A stretch of DNA of 64,000 nucleotides from Phoronis australis (taxonomy: Eukaryota > Animalia > Phoronida). The stretch is from the NCBI GenBank assembly GCA_002633005.1, contig NMRA01000157.1, forward strand, positions 282,785-346,784. Reading direction: 5' to 3'. Below the pieces are notes generated by a model that worked only from the letters and a program-made list of their open reading frames with translations, ran no database searches and was not told where the DNA came from. The translations under genes and the position numbers were made by a program. Of the stretch, positions 46,648-59,900 are shown piece by piece (the first letter of the stretch is position 1; every line of letters begins with the position of its first letter).

Positions 46648-49600
46648 CTGAAAAACAATAAGTAGTGTAGTAAACAAATTTTAATTTTACATTTAATTGC
46701 CTACCAAAGTGAAGCATCAACTGTACACAAGAAAAGATCCAGTGTTTACTAGACGTGCAGATACCAGAAATATTTTGCCTACAACTCCAGGTACAAAGTA
46801 AATAAACTTCTACCAAAATGGTCCATGTTTCTTGCTGTTTCCAGCCACCAACCAAGCTTTTAGGATCGAAATTTAAAACTAGGTTCCACTTTGCAGGTTA
46901 CTGTTCCAAATTATTTTCGCGATCACTTACCTTGCATAGATTTGAGATTGTTTCGGTCTTTGCCAGATTGTCTAGTATTCTCTCCCTTAGCAACCTCTTT
47001 TGATCTTTGAGTTTTTTTCTCCTTCACGACTAGTTCTTCACACTCAGTCTCTGTTTTTACAGAATTCTTTTTCTAAAAAATAACGTTACACGTTAAATGA
47101 ATGTAATTTTGTAATACTCGTGTTCGCTATTCATAAATTACTGTAAGTACAATGGGTAACACTGGATTACCTGATGAAATAAAGACAACAAACTGTTTAT
47201 TGAGAACAGAAAATCATTGAAAAACAGACACAAGCAAATATACTCTCATAAGAGAGTTTTCAAAAATCATTGTGAGTTTGAACAGTAGAGCTATGGCATG
47301 CTACACATTTCTTTGACCGTGACATCATCTCACAAGCTGACAAACTTGTGACACGTCACAACTTTCACTGTCGGGTTGATTCAAGCTCATTTCAATTTTA
47401 AAAACCTCAGTTGTAATTGTAATATATTTTTATTGATTTTCTGGCTAAGGCTCACTTTATAGGTGTTGGGGTAACAAAACCGCAAACGTTAGTGCAGGAG
47501 TTGAAAACCATTGTTTTGGTATTGTTTGGTGGGGGTGGGACCCTTTGCTTTGGCTCTTTAATATATTAATGACAATTTAGTGTTCCTAATAAAATGAAGC
47601 ACCATGACACAGTGGACTGAACTGAATTGATTGTTTAAATGGGAAGATCCACCACCCTAATTTGACTTATTGGAGTTTGAAGATTGCAAATTTGGCTTGA
47701 CCTATTAATTAATTAACTAACGTCACTGAGACATAAATGAGTCACAGGCAGTCAGACTAAAATGGAGATACAGTAGTTTACAAAAATGACAACTTAATCT
47801 TGTTTAAAAATGAGAAAATTTCTCAAAAATGTTTTTTAACCAATTCTGCTATAAATTACAGTTTAAAAAATAAAATTTCCTCATTTCCTTTTCGATTTTC
47901 AAGATGGCATTTCAATGAAATTCTTAATTTGTATTCTTCAGAAGTGTACAATCAACATAGTGGAAATCAATCCACAGCCTTCTCTGGAAAACAAAGTTTA
48001 AAATAATGAAGCGTTATTATACTTTAATGTCTGTCTGATCATCCTCGGCTTTCTTCTTCGGTGACTTTCTCTTGATAGCACGACTTTTTCCATCTAAAAT
48101 TAAGAACCAAAACAAGTGCCAACATCTAGTCAACAGCCACACGGTGGCGCTTCGGCATAGTCCTGATTGACTCAGCTCAGTTTGCATTGAATCACTGAAG
48201 TGATCACAGTTCTTATTTCGAAATGATAAGTGTTTTCGTGAACAAACTCTAATTTACGTTAGTTTACAGAAATAAGTCCAAGAAATGTAATTATTTGAGA
48301 AATTTTGAGAACATACAGTGGGCAAAGAATAAACAATTTTCTGCATTTTTGGGAGAGTAAAACTGCCATCAGAAAGCAACCGTGAACTCCGTTAGAACAA
48401 CTGGAAGTCCAAAAATAGTACCTCGATATTAATTTCACATTTTCCTTAAGTTTCAAAACAGTATGTTACACCTTTTACTCTCTAAGTGTCACCGCAGCAA
48501 ACGTATAGCACATTGTACAAGGAACATCGATAAATGCTTGATAAAGATTATAAAGTCACAATGAGGCTTAGGTAGAATTTTTAACTTCCTGCCCACATTT
48601 TTTTCGAGATCTGGTTTTTGAAATAACAAATGGAAGAGAAAAGACAACAACAGATCGACAGGGTGCTGTGTGCTAACTACAACCACAAAATGTTTATGTG
48701 CGCATGAAAAGCCGTAGCAATTACGACACAACTGAAATTTGTGCGACAGAAATCCAACACTATGTAAATTATGCAAAACGAGGCTATGTGCCTACCCTTG
48801 GGCGCCATCGGCCCAGCAGGCCCACTGAACCATATAGTTCTCCCGTTGCTGTCTGAGACATTCTTCATACCAGCTTGATAGTAACATTGCAGCCATTCGT
48901 CAAAACCCGCGTAGACATCGTCGCTCTTTTCCACGGAGTAGCCTTTTCCATCTATAGAGAAACACCACAGGATGGACAAAACTGTTACTAAAGATGCGTT
49001 TCACTTCAGAATTGGTGCAACTAGAGGAGAATTGGTGAAGAATCAATAGCTCCCGGGAGGAGCAGAAATCTGTTGTAAACTCGAAAAAATGAATCATGGA
49101 ATGTTATTTTATTCCTGCTTAAATCGTGATGTCACCCCCCTTTCACCTGCGTCACAAATCAATGATACTTTTTCAACTTCACGACCACACAGCTCATAAA
49201 TTTCATACAGCAGTGTGTTATTTATATAAACTGGATGATAATGTCATAATATTGCAATATCCTCTGTGGACTCTACCAGTATCTATGGACTATAAAGATA
49301 TACTCTATGTTCAAATCATGTTTCCTGTACTAGAGAGCTCACTCTCTCAGCCCTCTTCTGGTCTGAGCCATATTGGAATAAACCACATGTACACTGATGC
49401 TAGCTAATCTATGTTTATCTAATAACAACTACAACCATCCATAATATAACAGATAACACATTACATTGAAAAAGTTTACACCAATTCGTTTTCCTTTAAT
49501 ACAGTAGGCTTATCACTGCAGTGTATTAATGTAATGCCATTTATAGTTCATTGAGTCGCGTCCACAACATGATACTCTAATCTATCAGGTGCAAACTGGA

Positions 49601-52600
49601 TGAAAACGATGACCTCGAGCAATAATGAAGGTGAGTACCTAACACAAAAGTGTTTACAGCAACTAGTTATTCCCTTAATACAGCAGGATTATGACTGCAG
49701 TATATTAATGTAATGGGTATTTGGGTTCAATGAGTCATGGCCATAACCTAACAACCTCAATTGTCAAGGGCAAACTGGATGAAAAAGATGACCTTGAGGA
49801 ATCAGGAAGGTGAGCACGTGACACAGCTTTAAAACAGGTATTAGTTGAGGGTGATATAAACCTGCCTTCCGTCAAGGCAGCAAAATAAATTCTGATTCAT
49901 ACCACTCAACGTTATGAAATTGGTGTGAAATTGTTTCTTAGTGAGGTGACTTCAGGGCTTCAAAAAATTGACAATTCGTTATTGCTCGCGACCTAAATGT
50001 AAAAGTTGGTTGGTCATGGCATATGCATCAATTTATGTTCCGAGCATGGTCTCAATGGAACAAATCATTTCCAATCTGAGTATGGAACAATTTGTAATGG
50101 AACCAATTTTATACTAGCAAGCAGTAAACCAAAAGTTTCGTTCTTGAGAACACAGGTTCACAACCACTTCATTGTTTTCACAAATTCTATTCTGGCAATT
50201 AACATTAAGAGAAAATCAAATCTTACTCAAGTTGATTACTTCCAGTGCGAGTTGATTGCACAGCTGTAGAATATCTGCTTTCTCAGACTTTACAGTCGGA
50301 CTAGAGACAAGAGGAGCAAGCACATCTCGGGCACAAACAAAAGGTGGAATGTTGGCTCTGAAACAAAGGTTAAGTAAATGCATAAACTTTCAGTTCCTAA
50401 GCTTTTCCAGAACTATTCGCAACATAATGAATCAAAGAGACTGGAAATGTTTTAATTTTGATCTTGGTAATACAAGAATTGTACTTGATGTGTATATGAA
50501 ATATCAATAAGAATCCATTCAGTGACATGATTAAACAAAACAATTCACTGAAAAAACATGGTTTGTAATCCAGGCTACAGGCTACTAAAAAAAGTTAAAC
50601 ATCAACAGAATGAATTGTTTACACAAGATTCTTGAATCTGTTACCATGACTACCAAAACGTACCTGTACAATACTTCAGCCCATAAATAGTTACCCACTC
50701 CATTGAAATACTTCTGGTTCAACATGGCTTCACATATCGGTTTGTTGAAAGCAGCGTTGTCAAGGTTACTCAACACATTTTGTCTTAAATGATAATTGAG
50801 TTAGAAGATGACATGAAGACATTTGTAGGTGCATGAACACGATTTCTTAAACCTTTTTCGATATATCGGCCATAAAAAATGTCATGTCACTATAGATGGC
50901 GAAAGAATAGTTGGTGGATAACACCCTGTGCTCTAGCTTATACGGAAATTTAATGCAGTGAAATATTCCATTTTTTTCTCTGCAACCATCAAGCTGTCAA
51001 ACTGCCACTTTTGTGCAGAGGGGCAATCAAATGATTCACGCAAAAAATGAATGAAATAAATTGGATTTTGTCCCTGTCAACTATGGTGGCCATTGCAAAC
51101 ACTACAATTAGAAATCGGGTCAAGCAAAAGATGCTTCCGCGCTTTCACAATGCTAAGGAGTTGTGTATCAAACGATCCCTATGTTTAAAATGCTGACACA
51201 TTTCTCTGTAATTCGAGGACAGGGGAACACCGTACCAATTTCTAGGTCAGTGTGCTTCAACTGTCACCATACAAGTGGTGTAACCTGGGGACTAATAAAA
51301 TTCCAACCGCATGTTGTACAGTTCAATGAGTCTATGTACCGACTGGCAGATTTAGGATAACACAAAGTGGAGTGAGTACAACGCATTTCAAAGTACAGAC
51401 GTGTGCGATGTACTTAGCTCATAAACAGGTATGTCACAGATAATTGGACATATCTGGAAGGGGTTAGGCTGTCTAATTCACCCCTAAATTGACCAAAAGA
51501 TCAGAGAACCGTTGAGTGAATCATTAAGCCATATTGATGTTATTTTTAGCTCAATAGGTAATAGTAAATTACACATACTTCATGAAACATTATGCACAAC
51601 AAACCTGTATAATGTTCTTAACACAAAACACAAGCTGTAGGTAATCCTGACAAAGTAATGAGGATTCAGCCTTGGCATGACGACTAAAACTTAATGGTAT
51701 TTCACAGTTCGCCGTAATTCATAAATTCAGCTGTAAGCTGAATAACCCATCACAGAGGGAAACGGGATTGCTTTCGGTGCAAAGGACCACTGTAACATCA
51801 GAAAAAAATAGAGTAGGCACACCAACCTGAAATCTTCATATTCAAATAGCACACAAGGACCCCTCTCCGGTGACCAATCTCCATTTGGCTCCCACTTTCC
51901 AAATCTTCGCACATCAACGAAACTTAACACCATATCAGAATCTTTTACAAAGAACTTGAGATGGGCATGTTTGTGCAGATCGGATATGTGAGAGAATTTA
52001 AACTGTCCAGACATTCCGAATCTAAACACTATGTCCATGGTGCTTTGAGACTTGTTTTTCATATTTTTGTTGTTCTTCATATTTTTGTTGTTTGTCATAA
52101 GCGTCAGCTTCAGTTCCTTTCCCCTACAAATAAAACATAACAAAGTTAGTTTTTCAAAACACAATAACATATGTACAAGTGCCTGTTAAAAAGATACCAA
52201 ACCCAGTTTTGGCCAATTAACAGACACTAAAACCCTTCCCATCCAATTCTAGTACTCTGTAAGCCTGTACAACCCACAAAAGTTTGGAAGAAAATTTGGA
52301 AACTTCTTTCAAACTCTACTAAACAGTAAGCATGAGTTAAGCTTTTAAAAAAATACACAGTAACTGTAATGAAAGATTACATCTAGCAAGAACTATAACA
52401 TCACACGACATAGGGAGTATGAGTTTTTAGTCAATTCCTGGTTTTATCTTATATGATGACACCAATGATACATTAGCCTGACATAGAATGAAGATCGGTT
52501 GAAATCATCAAAACAGGGTTTGGTATTCTTTCTAAGTGATATAAATCCACCTTGCAAAAAATAAATTTTCATTTAGATCACTTATCGTTATGAAAACCAT

Positions 52601-54260
52601 ATCAAATTTCTCCTTAGTAAAATTTGAGGTGATTTCAGGACTTTGAAAGAACTGGCAGTTCATTATTGCTTAAGACCAGGCTCTACCAAGTTGGCTCAGA
52701 GCACGCTGTCTCAAGGAAGGGATTGCCAGTTCTTTGCAAACCAAGGAATCACTTCCCATCTGAGTGAGGAAAAAGTTGAAATTTTAATCAAAATTCTATT
52801 GTAGTATGTGGTCTAAAACAAAAACTCGCTTCTTGTTCATCATGCGGGTTTGATAGCTGCTTTAAAGTGAAACTTGCATGCTAATTCAAGCGATTGCTAG
52901 GTCAAATTACTGTAGTTTCATGGAAACACAACATGTAGTGATGATTTGAATATGAAGTAGGTTGAGAATTGGCAAATGTTTTTAAGCATGAGTTTTGGGT
53001 CTAAAATGATCCATCGTAAATCATTCAACTGTATCCAATAAGTATAGTGACGAGGTGATGGGGAATATCACTGCATGATGCGGGCTATGTGAGCTCCAAG
53101 GTACGTCATTAGTGCAAAGGTCACATGTTTCTATGTGTAGAATTCTCTTTATTTTCACAATTACAAGTTAACAGTGAATACAACTGCACTTTATTCAGCA
53201 TAGATGGTGTTCAAATAGCATTGTCCTTTAGTTCCTGCTATACAGTAGCATAATTAGGAGAATGCAAATATATCTGCAGTTTTCAGGGCAGATCCAACAT
53301 ATCCAAGATTTTTAGATGGGGGGGTGGCAGGGCAGGATATAACCCAAGATTTTACTCTTCAGACATCCGCACTCCGGAACTATCACATTTAGGGGGAATG
53401 GCCCCCTGGCCTCCCCCTAAATTTGCCACAGGTTGTGTAGTTAATAGTGGACCCCCACTAATAGCTTTAATAGGCGGACTTAGGACGAAGCCACAGTTGG
53501 CAACTGCACCCAGTGGAGGATACCATAAGGGGGGACTCAACATGTTGTCTCGGGGAAGTGGGCAAAGCGCGATTGTATATGCAGCACAGGCCCGAAAGAT
53601 ACCGGGCCCGGCATGTGAACCTTCTGTCCAGGAAATCTACCAGTGGACTAAAAATAAATAAATAAACGGAATGCCGCGATCTGGGGTCTGAGACCCCCTT
53701 TCTCCGCTACCACCAACCAGTCCCTGCCCCCCCCCCCCCTAANNNNNNNNNNNNNNNNNNNNNNNNNNNNNNNNNNNNNNNNNNNNNNNNNNNNNNNNNN
53801 NNNNNNNNNNNNNNNNNNNNNNNNNNNNNNNNNNNNNNNNNNNNNNNNNNNNNNNNNNNNNNNNNNNNNNNNNNNNNNNNNNNNNNNNNNNNNNNNNNNN
53901 NNNNNNNNNNNNNNNNNNNNNNNNNNNNNNNNNNNNNNNNNNNNNNNNNNNNNNNNNNNNNNNNNNNNNNNNNNCCCCCCCCCCCCTAAATCCGCTTATG
54001 CACACCAGCCACACAATCAGCAGAAACAACCTGAAACGTAAGTTAGAGATTGTGACAGCAGCTGCAGCTACAACTACAGTATTTCCGTGACAGAATCTTT
54101 ACCTCGACGAGACGCTGATGGTGTAGCTGTTGGCATTCCAATTCACGTCTGGATTCTTCAAACTCACTTCCGATTTGACAACTTTACCCGTAAACAGGAG
54201 GTCACGGCAAACATTATTTACAAATCGTGACGTTAAATGAAGCTCTGGTCCTTCAGGCAT
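46607..54260 (-). CDS. NEIL1: Endonuclease VIII-like 1 DNA glycosylase, spliced gene span
   Basis: Exons 54260-54103, 52123-51827, 50783-50664, 50357-50227, 48951-48796, 48093-48023, 47072-46931, 46647-46607 join in frame (1116 nt). Motifs MPEGPELH, SRGKEL, FRFGMSG, FVDVRRFG, FNGVGNYL, GRTIWF. Confidence 0.95.
46931..47072 (-). CDS. NEIL1: NEIL1 coding exon 7
   Basis: ttttag|KKNSVKTE...KSMQ|GTAAGT; phases 0/1 fit. Confidence 0.8.
48023..48093 (-). CDS. NEIL1: NEIL1 coding exon 6 (basic tail)
   Basis: GKSRAIKRKSPKKKAEDDQTDIK; phases 1/0 fit. Confidence 0.82.
48796..48951 (-). CDS. NEIL1: NEIL1 coding exon 5 (lesion-recognition loop, zincless finger)
   Basis: GKGYS...WLQCY...DSNGRTIWFSGPAGPMAPK. 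Confidence 0.95.
49490..49825. repeat. Diverged ~180-bp tandem duplication in NEIL1 intron 4
   Basis: TTAATACAG-AGG-TTAT-ACTGCAGT...GCAAACTGGATGAAAA-GATGACCT...GAAGGTGAG occurs twice. Confidence 0.75.
50227..50357 (-). CDS. NEIL1: NEIL1 coding exon 4
   Basis: ANIPPFVCARDVL...DILQLCNQLALEVINL; AG/GT flanks, phases fit. Confidence 0.92.
50664..50783 (-). CDS. NEIL1: NEIL1 coding exon 3 (H2TH)
   Basis: QNVLSNL...KPICEAMLNQKYFNGVGNYLWAEVLY. Confidence 0.95.
51827..52123 (-). CDS. NEIL1: NEIL1 coding exon 2
   Basis: GKELKLTL...FRFGMSGQF...FVDVRRFGKW...RGPCVLFEYEDF. Confidence 0.95.
52540..52865. mobile_element. Foldback/MITE-like element in NEIL1 intron 1
   Basis: Internal inverted AAAGAACTGGCA / TGCCAGTTCTTT with diverged outer arms; ends at TTAA. 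Confidence 0.45.
53743..53974. other. Assembly gap
   Basis: N-run flanked by poly-C. Confidence 0.99.
54103..54260 (-). CDS. NEIL1: NEIL1 coding exon 1 (catalytic Pro2/Glu3)
   Basis: MPEGPELHLTSRFVN...SVSS; donor GTAAAG on minus. Confidence 0.95.
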
Positions 54261-54270
54261 ATTGATAAAT

Positions 54271-54480
54271 CTGCAAAGAATGATATGCAACCGTAAACTC
54301 TGAAATTATGTGTAGTATGACAGCATGGACGAACTTACATAATCCCAACTTACACAACCCGGAAGTTGGAAACTGCCGCCACATGGCTTTATTTTGATGT
54401 TGCGCGCCACCGTCCGGTCGGAAGTGCAAGTAAATCAGCTGAGGCTCTAGAGTGTACCGAGGCTCGAGACGGGCCCGGGC
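54271..54480 (-). promoter_or_regulatory. NEIL1 5' UTR intron and CpG-rich promoter region
   Basis: Acceptor tttgcag 10 nt before the ATG; GTAAGT donors on minus near 54338 and 54353; CGGAAGT ETS-type motifs near 54360 and 54420. Confidence 0.55.
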
Positions 54481-55284
54481 ATTAAAGTCGAGAAGCCAAG
54501 GAGATGGGGAGCCAAAAGTGCACAAATTGCTACTATCTGACAAACAACTCAAGAAATTAAACTCAATCAAATTGAATGCTGAAACACGCTTGTCAGAACT
54601 GAATCGACGAAACACGATCGTGTCTCTTAGCAAACTGATCGACCGATAAGCATCAACGGGAACGCACGGCAAGTTGAAGTACGTGACAGTGATGGAATCA
54701 ACCGAACTGGTTTGAATATGCGAAATGTCATAGACGAAACAGAATTGACTTTATGAAACACGACTGAATTTACGAAGTAGCATTGGGTTTGCGATAAAGG
54801 ATAAAATAGATCAAATGTTGTCGCGTTGACATTGGATCACGAAATTGCATAAAACTAGACGAAATAAAGCAGTTTTAACTTAAAAGTTTCATGTCCGGCG
54901 GACAGCGTCCGGGATTCACGAAATGGCATTGGATTTGCATCATCATAAGATTGAGTTTATTTGCTTGAACCTAGGAACCAATATGAATGGACAGATAATT
55001 GCCCGCAACGGTGATCACATCAAAGAGATATACAGCGTTACTATTCCTTCTCATATTGGTTCCTAGCTTGAACAGAGTGTGGTCCGATAGTCACGCAATG
55101 GCCAGCGGAAATGGCAAATGACAGTGAGCTACATCATGATCATGATACACACCACTAACAAACGGGATGGTTAAAAACGATAAAAACATCAAAATCAAAA
55201 GCTCGAGAGTACTAAGAATACAATGTCAAGCTATAATAGAAATATATTCTTAAACCAGCATTAAAATCTAATCATCGTAAGTTC

Positions 55285-55500
55285 TTCTGAAAATGTGTCT
55301 TAGAAGTCTTAGCTCTTCTCGGCTAAAAGTAGAAAGACTTAGAAAGATACAAATCGAGTGAGGAAAAGTGTTCCACAGAGCTGGTGCAACTACGTGAAAG
55401 GCACCTTCACCATACGTTTTGTGTCGTGAACGTTGATCTCGATCTGAGAATATGTCTATCCTCACTGCCCAGAGGGTTCTGAGTGCACGCAAGTTCCCCG
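55285..55500 (-). mobile_element. 3' fragment of an L2/CR1-group LINE ORF2
   Basis: KTYGEGAFHVVAPALWNTFP...SLSTF resembles the YGxRAFSVAAPxLWNxLP...FK..LKTxLF tail. Confidence 0.7.
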
Positions 55501-56110
55501 AGTACATTTTAATCTTAATTGTTAGACCACTGTTGAAATTTCCTTGGTAGCAGTTTTGTCCATTTGTGTGTTCACTGTCCACACTAATCCTTTACTGCCC
55601 CACCCAACATCAAGGCCATTGTATAGGACGTACCCCTTCACTACATGCTCGTTAACTTGTTATTAACAAACATTGTGTCAGCTATAGTGTATACCTGAGG
55701 GTCATTTGATAAAAACTGATTTTGTTGGTGTTGACAAGATCCATGGCCCGGATTTCTTTGATGTAACTTTTGCTATTCATGACCTTAGTTGTCTGCCGTA
55801 CATGCACGTAGTAACCCAGTTTTATCTCTACAAGACACTCAGGTCACTTGTGATCATTTTTAACTTTTACATTGCCGAGGTAGAAATTTATATGCAAGCT
55901 GTGACGGTGCACCGCAAAAAAACGTTAAAAATCTATCAGGAATACAAACTACTGTAGCCCGTACAACAACTGATAGGTGCTGTGTGCCGAGGAAGACAGC
56001 TATAGTTATTTAATTAAACATTACCTCTCGCATACATCTCAGTCACATGCCGTTCTCACGATTATATCCAGTGTTTTCATAGGCGGATTTAGGGGGGGCC
56101 TGGCCTCGCC

Positions 56111-56941
56111 NNNNNNNNNNNNNNNNNNNNNNNNNNNNNNNNNNNNNNNNNNNNNNNNNNNNNNNNNNNNNNNNNNNNNNNNNNNNNNNNNNNNNNNNNN
56201 NNNNNNNNNNNNNNNNNNNNNNNNNNNNNNNNNNNNNNNNNNNNNNNNNNNNNNNNNNNNNNNNNNNNNNNNNNNNNNNNNNNNNNNNNNNNNNNNNNNN
56301 NNNNNNNNNNNNNNNNNNNNNNNNNNNNNNNNNNNNNNNNNNNNNNNNNNNNNNNNNNNNNNNNNNNNNNNNNNNNNNNNNNNNNNNNNNNNNNNNNNNN
56401 NNNNNNNNNNNNNNNNNNNNNNNNNNNNNNNNNNNNNNNNNNNNNNNNNNNNNNNNNNNNNNNNNNNNNNNNNNNNNNNNNNNNNNNNNNNNNNNNNNNN
56501 NNNNNNNNNNNNNNNNNNNNNNNNNNNNNNNNNNNNNNNNNNNNNNNNNNNNNNNNNNNNNNNNNNNNNNNNNNNNNNNNNNNNNNNNNNNNNNNNNNNN
56601 NNNNNNNNNNNNNNNNNNNNNNNNNNNNNNNNNNNNNNNNNNNNNNNNNNNNNNNNNNNNNNNNNNNNNNNNNNNNNNNNNNNNNNNNNNNNNNNNNNNN
56701 NNNNNNNNNNNNNNNNNNNNNNNNNNNNNNNNNNNNNNNNNNNNNNNNNNNNNNNNNNNNNNNNNNNNNNNNNNNNNNNNNNNNNNNNNNNNNNNNNNNN
56801 NNNNNNNNNNNNNNNNNNNNNNNNNNNNNNNNNNNNNNNNNNNNNNNNNNNNNNNNNNNNNNNNNNNNNNNNNNNNNNNNNNNNNNNNNNNNNNNNNNNN
56901 NNNNNNNNNNNNNNNNNNNNNNNNNNNNNNNNNNNNNNNNN
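56111..56941. other. Assembly gap
   Basis: N-run flanked by G/C homopolymers. Confidence 0.99.
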
Positions 56942-59900
56942 TTTCTTAACCCCCCCCCCCCCCGAGCTATTTCCAGTGACAGACAAGCGTTTGACATGCA
57001 CTTTAACAAAAGTCGAGACATAGTACGGATACTTCACTGCAGCCACGCCCAGACGAAGTCCGGACTCAGGGAGCTAGCCTCGGTCTAACCGCGCATTGTA
57101 ACCCGCATCCCGAGAGGCGGTCAAGCTGCGTTCGATGGGAAGTATTTAAAATATTCCACGTATTGAATCCTGTCTCGTGAGATATTGCTTCATCGACGCC
57201 ACTCTCGGTACGTTTTGTGTATATTATACTTGTCCTCCTACAATGAAACATGTCTATGGGAATTAAAATGACTTTGGCGACGAATTCCAAGCCACGTTTT
57301 GGTCGACGTTAACCTTTTCGCAGCGAGGTAGGCAATGACAAGCTAGAGACTGAGCGATGCATAACCTGGCGCGTGATTTGTGTCCGTTGGACTTTTTGTT
57401 GGCGTGATATTGCATAACTTCCCCAAAATGGCACCCGCTGAGGGAACCTGAGCGAACCTTGACAGATTTTTGGATATGTTCAAATTATGTTGACTAAATT
57501 GTCTATAGAGTGAGTATGTGTTAACTGTAACCCAATTCTTCCCTTGTTATTGCTGTATTTTAGAATGAGTAACATTTATTAGGGGTAATCGTCCGCAATG
57601 TGATTGCCTATTTCAAATTGAAACAGCACGATAGAAATCTATTCAAAATGTGTGGGGACAGTAAAGAGCAGAGGTTTGATAATGCCCTGGGCGGTTTTTA
57701 TTGGATAATCCTCTCTTTACTCAAAAGCACAGATCTCAGTACCAAGAAAAGTACACAAAAAGATGAAAATAGAAACTTTATCAATTTAAGCACGAATCAG
57801 TTTCGCTTACCCAACTGAGATCTGCTTTCAGCAACATTTGAAGTACCTCATATTTTACACGAGGGGTGAGAAATTCTCAGTTTTTCCAGTCGGCGCTGAT
57901 TGAAGCCGGATTGGTCAGTAGCTCTTGTGACATGGCAGATCGGAGAGGTGTTTTTATTAGAAAGGATATATTTTGCTCTGCTAATATAATATAACCTCGA
58001 GAGTTCGTTCAGACTTCCGGCGTCTTTCCTTTCAGCAAACATTTGTTGTTTAATTTTTGTTCTTTGAGCATCTATTAGTCCAACACTGGACTCGAGAAAT
58101 TCGAGGTTCAGCTGTTCCCTCGTGTTTAGGTTTTCGTTGAGAGAAAGCTTCTTCGTGCCAAACTTTGACATGGATGACAACTGCTCCTTTGAAAGCACAG
58201 AAGAAAAAAAAAAACAATCAAGACGCTACCATGTTTCCAGATACGCAGAGCATTTCCTCTACACCATTTCTCCCTTTTTGGACACTTCCTCAACTCACTG
58301 TTTGGAAAAGAATCTTCCCCCTTCGAAGCAAATGGCCACTTGTGTCTAGACCATAGTTTTTTTTGCCGTCTTCAAACCCCTTAATACGTTTCTTTAAATA
58401 GCCAACGCCATTTCTTTGGGCCTAAAATCGTTCTCTTCACGTGAATCGTCGGCATCCCGACAATGAGTTTGGAAAGTTACGGTATCACATTCCGAGTAAT
58501 CACATACTAAAAGAAGTAGTTGCTGTATTCACCAGGAAACTGAAATATTTGACTGAAAGCGACTTCAATTTTATGAGTGAGACCCCGGCGGGCGTACCTG
58601 GCCTTGGTGACTTAGTAGACGCAGCAAGGTCCACGTTTTTATTATCACATGCTGCTTCCATTCTTCAGAAATAACGACTTTAGATTTTTTGTCAACATTG
58701 AGCACATATGAACACTTCATTGATTTCATTTGAATTCTGTTATGGGAAATGAAGTTTTTTCTTGAAAGGATGATTGTCTCTTGACGACTGACCGTTGGGA
58801 TCGCGACGGCGAACCACGATTGAAGCCGAACGCAGAATATGCAAAACAATTTTTTATATTCTGTACTACAGTACTACCATTTTTGAAAATGAATTATGAG
58901 AATGTTGCAGTATTGCGAAAACCATATTAATATGTAACGAATTCAATGACTTTTATTTGAATTCTTCAGCACGCCAAATTTAAATATTTTCTGAAAGGGT
59001 GACTCCGCTCCTCACTGCATGTGCCCATGAACTAATTAAGTTGTGCATTTTGCTTTTACAAATCCCCTTTATTTTTCTTGGAAATTATCATCAATCAGCG
59101 TACGTATTTAGATTTAAGGCACGTCTCCACGTGTTCATTATGTTGGGCGTTCATGTGATTATTGTAACTATCCTTCATAAAGGTGTGGGCAACTCTGAGC
59201 TCCTAAGATTTGAAATCTATTGGCTCAGTTGGCGAAAAGTCAATTTTAGTTAAGGTATATCCTTGGCGCCTTATCGTTATGAGACGCTGATCCTTTAAAC
59301 CTTCCACTTGCTGTCCCTAGCAACTCTAACTTCACGCTAGTCAAGGGGAGTAGTTCTTGCACTGAAATCGTAATACGGGCAGATCTGATCATATTTACTA
59401 TGAGATCTGTGTATTATAGCAAGAAGTCATTACCCTGATTGTAGGTAATACGGTGAGCCGCACGTGAAACAAGGACGGAACTTGAATGGCCAATATGACT
59501 ATAAGACAATTGTAATCAAAATGACTGTACCATTCTCCACTAAAGTGCTCGATTGGAAAAATGTGTGTAAAAGTTGTCAGTATTGCTTATAAACGTTGGA
59601 ATAGGATTATTCATCTAATCATAGACTATCGTTGCACTTTTAATTTGTACTTCGTCGCAAGAATAAAGTCAAATGTAACAGTACACAAAACGGCTGATTC
59701 ATAACTTTATTTATTTTGGTTGTTGCAAAGAAGGGGTCTACTTTTAAGTGTTACGTCACTGAACCGTATTTTAGTTCTTCCTTCAAATAATTCAACATTT
59801 GTCAATTTGCTTTACAACTGTGCATCGGGTGATCGAAAATTGCACAGAAAGTATGAGTTAGTGTATATCAAATTGTCCAACAGAAAGTACTGTCGCGTTT

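Noticed and set aside
54452-54672. Divergent protein-coding gene at the NEIL1 promoter
   Set aside because: Only short ORFs and no joinable downstream exons; a non-coding divergent RNA is not excluded.
55977-57046. Long 310-348 aa ORFs
   Set aside because: They exist only because the N-gap contains no stop codons.
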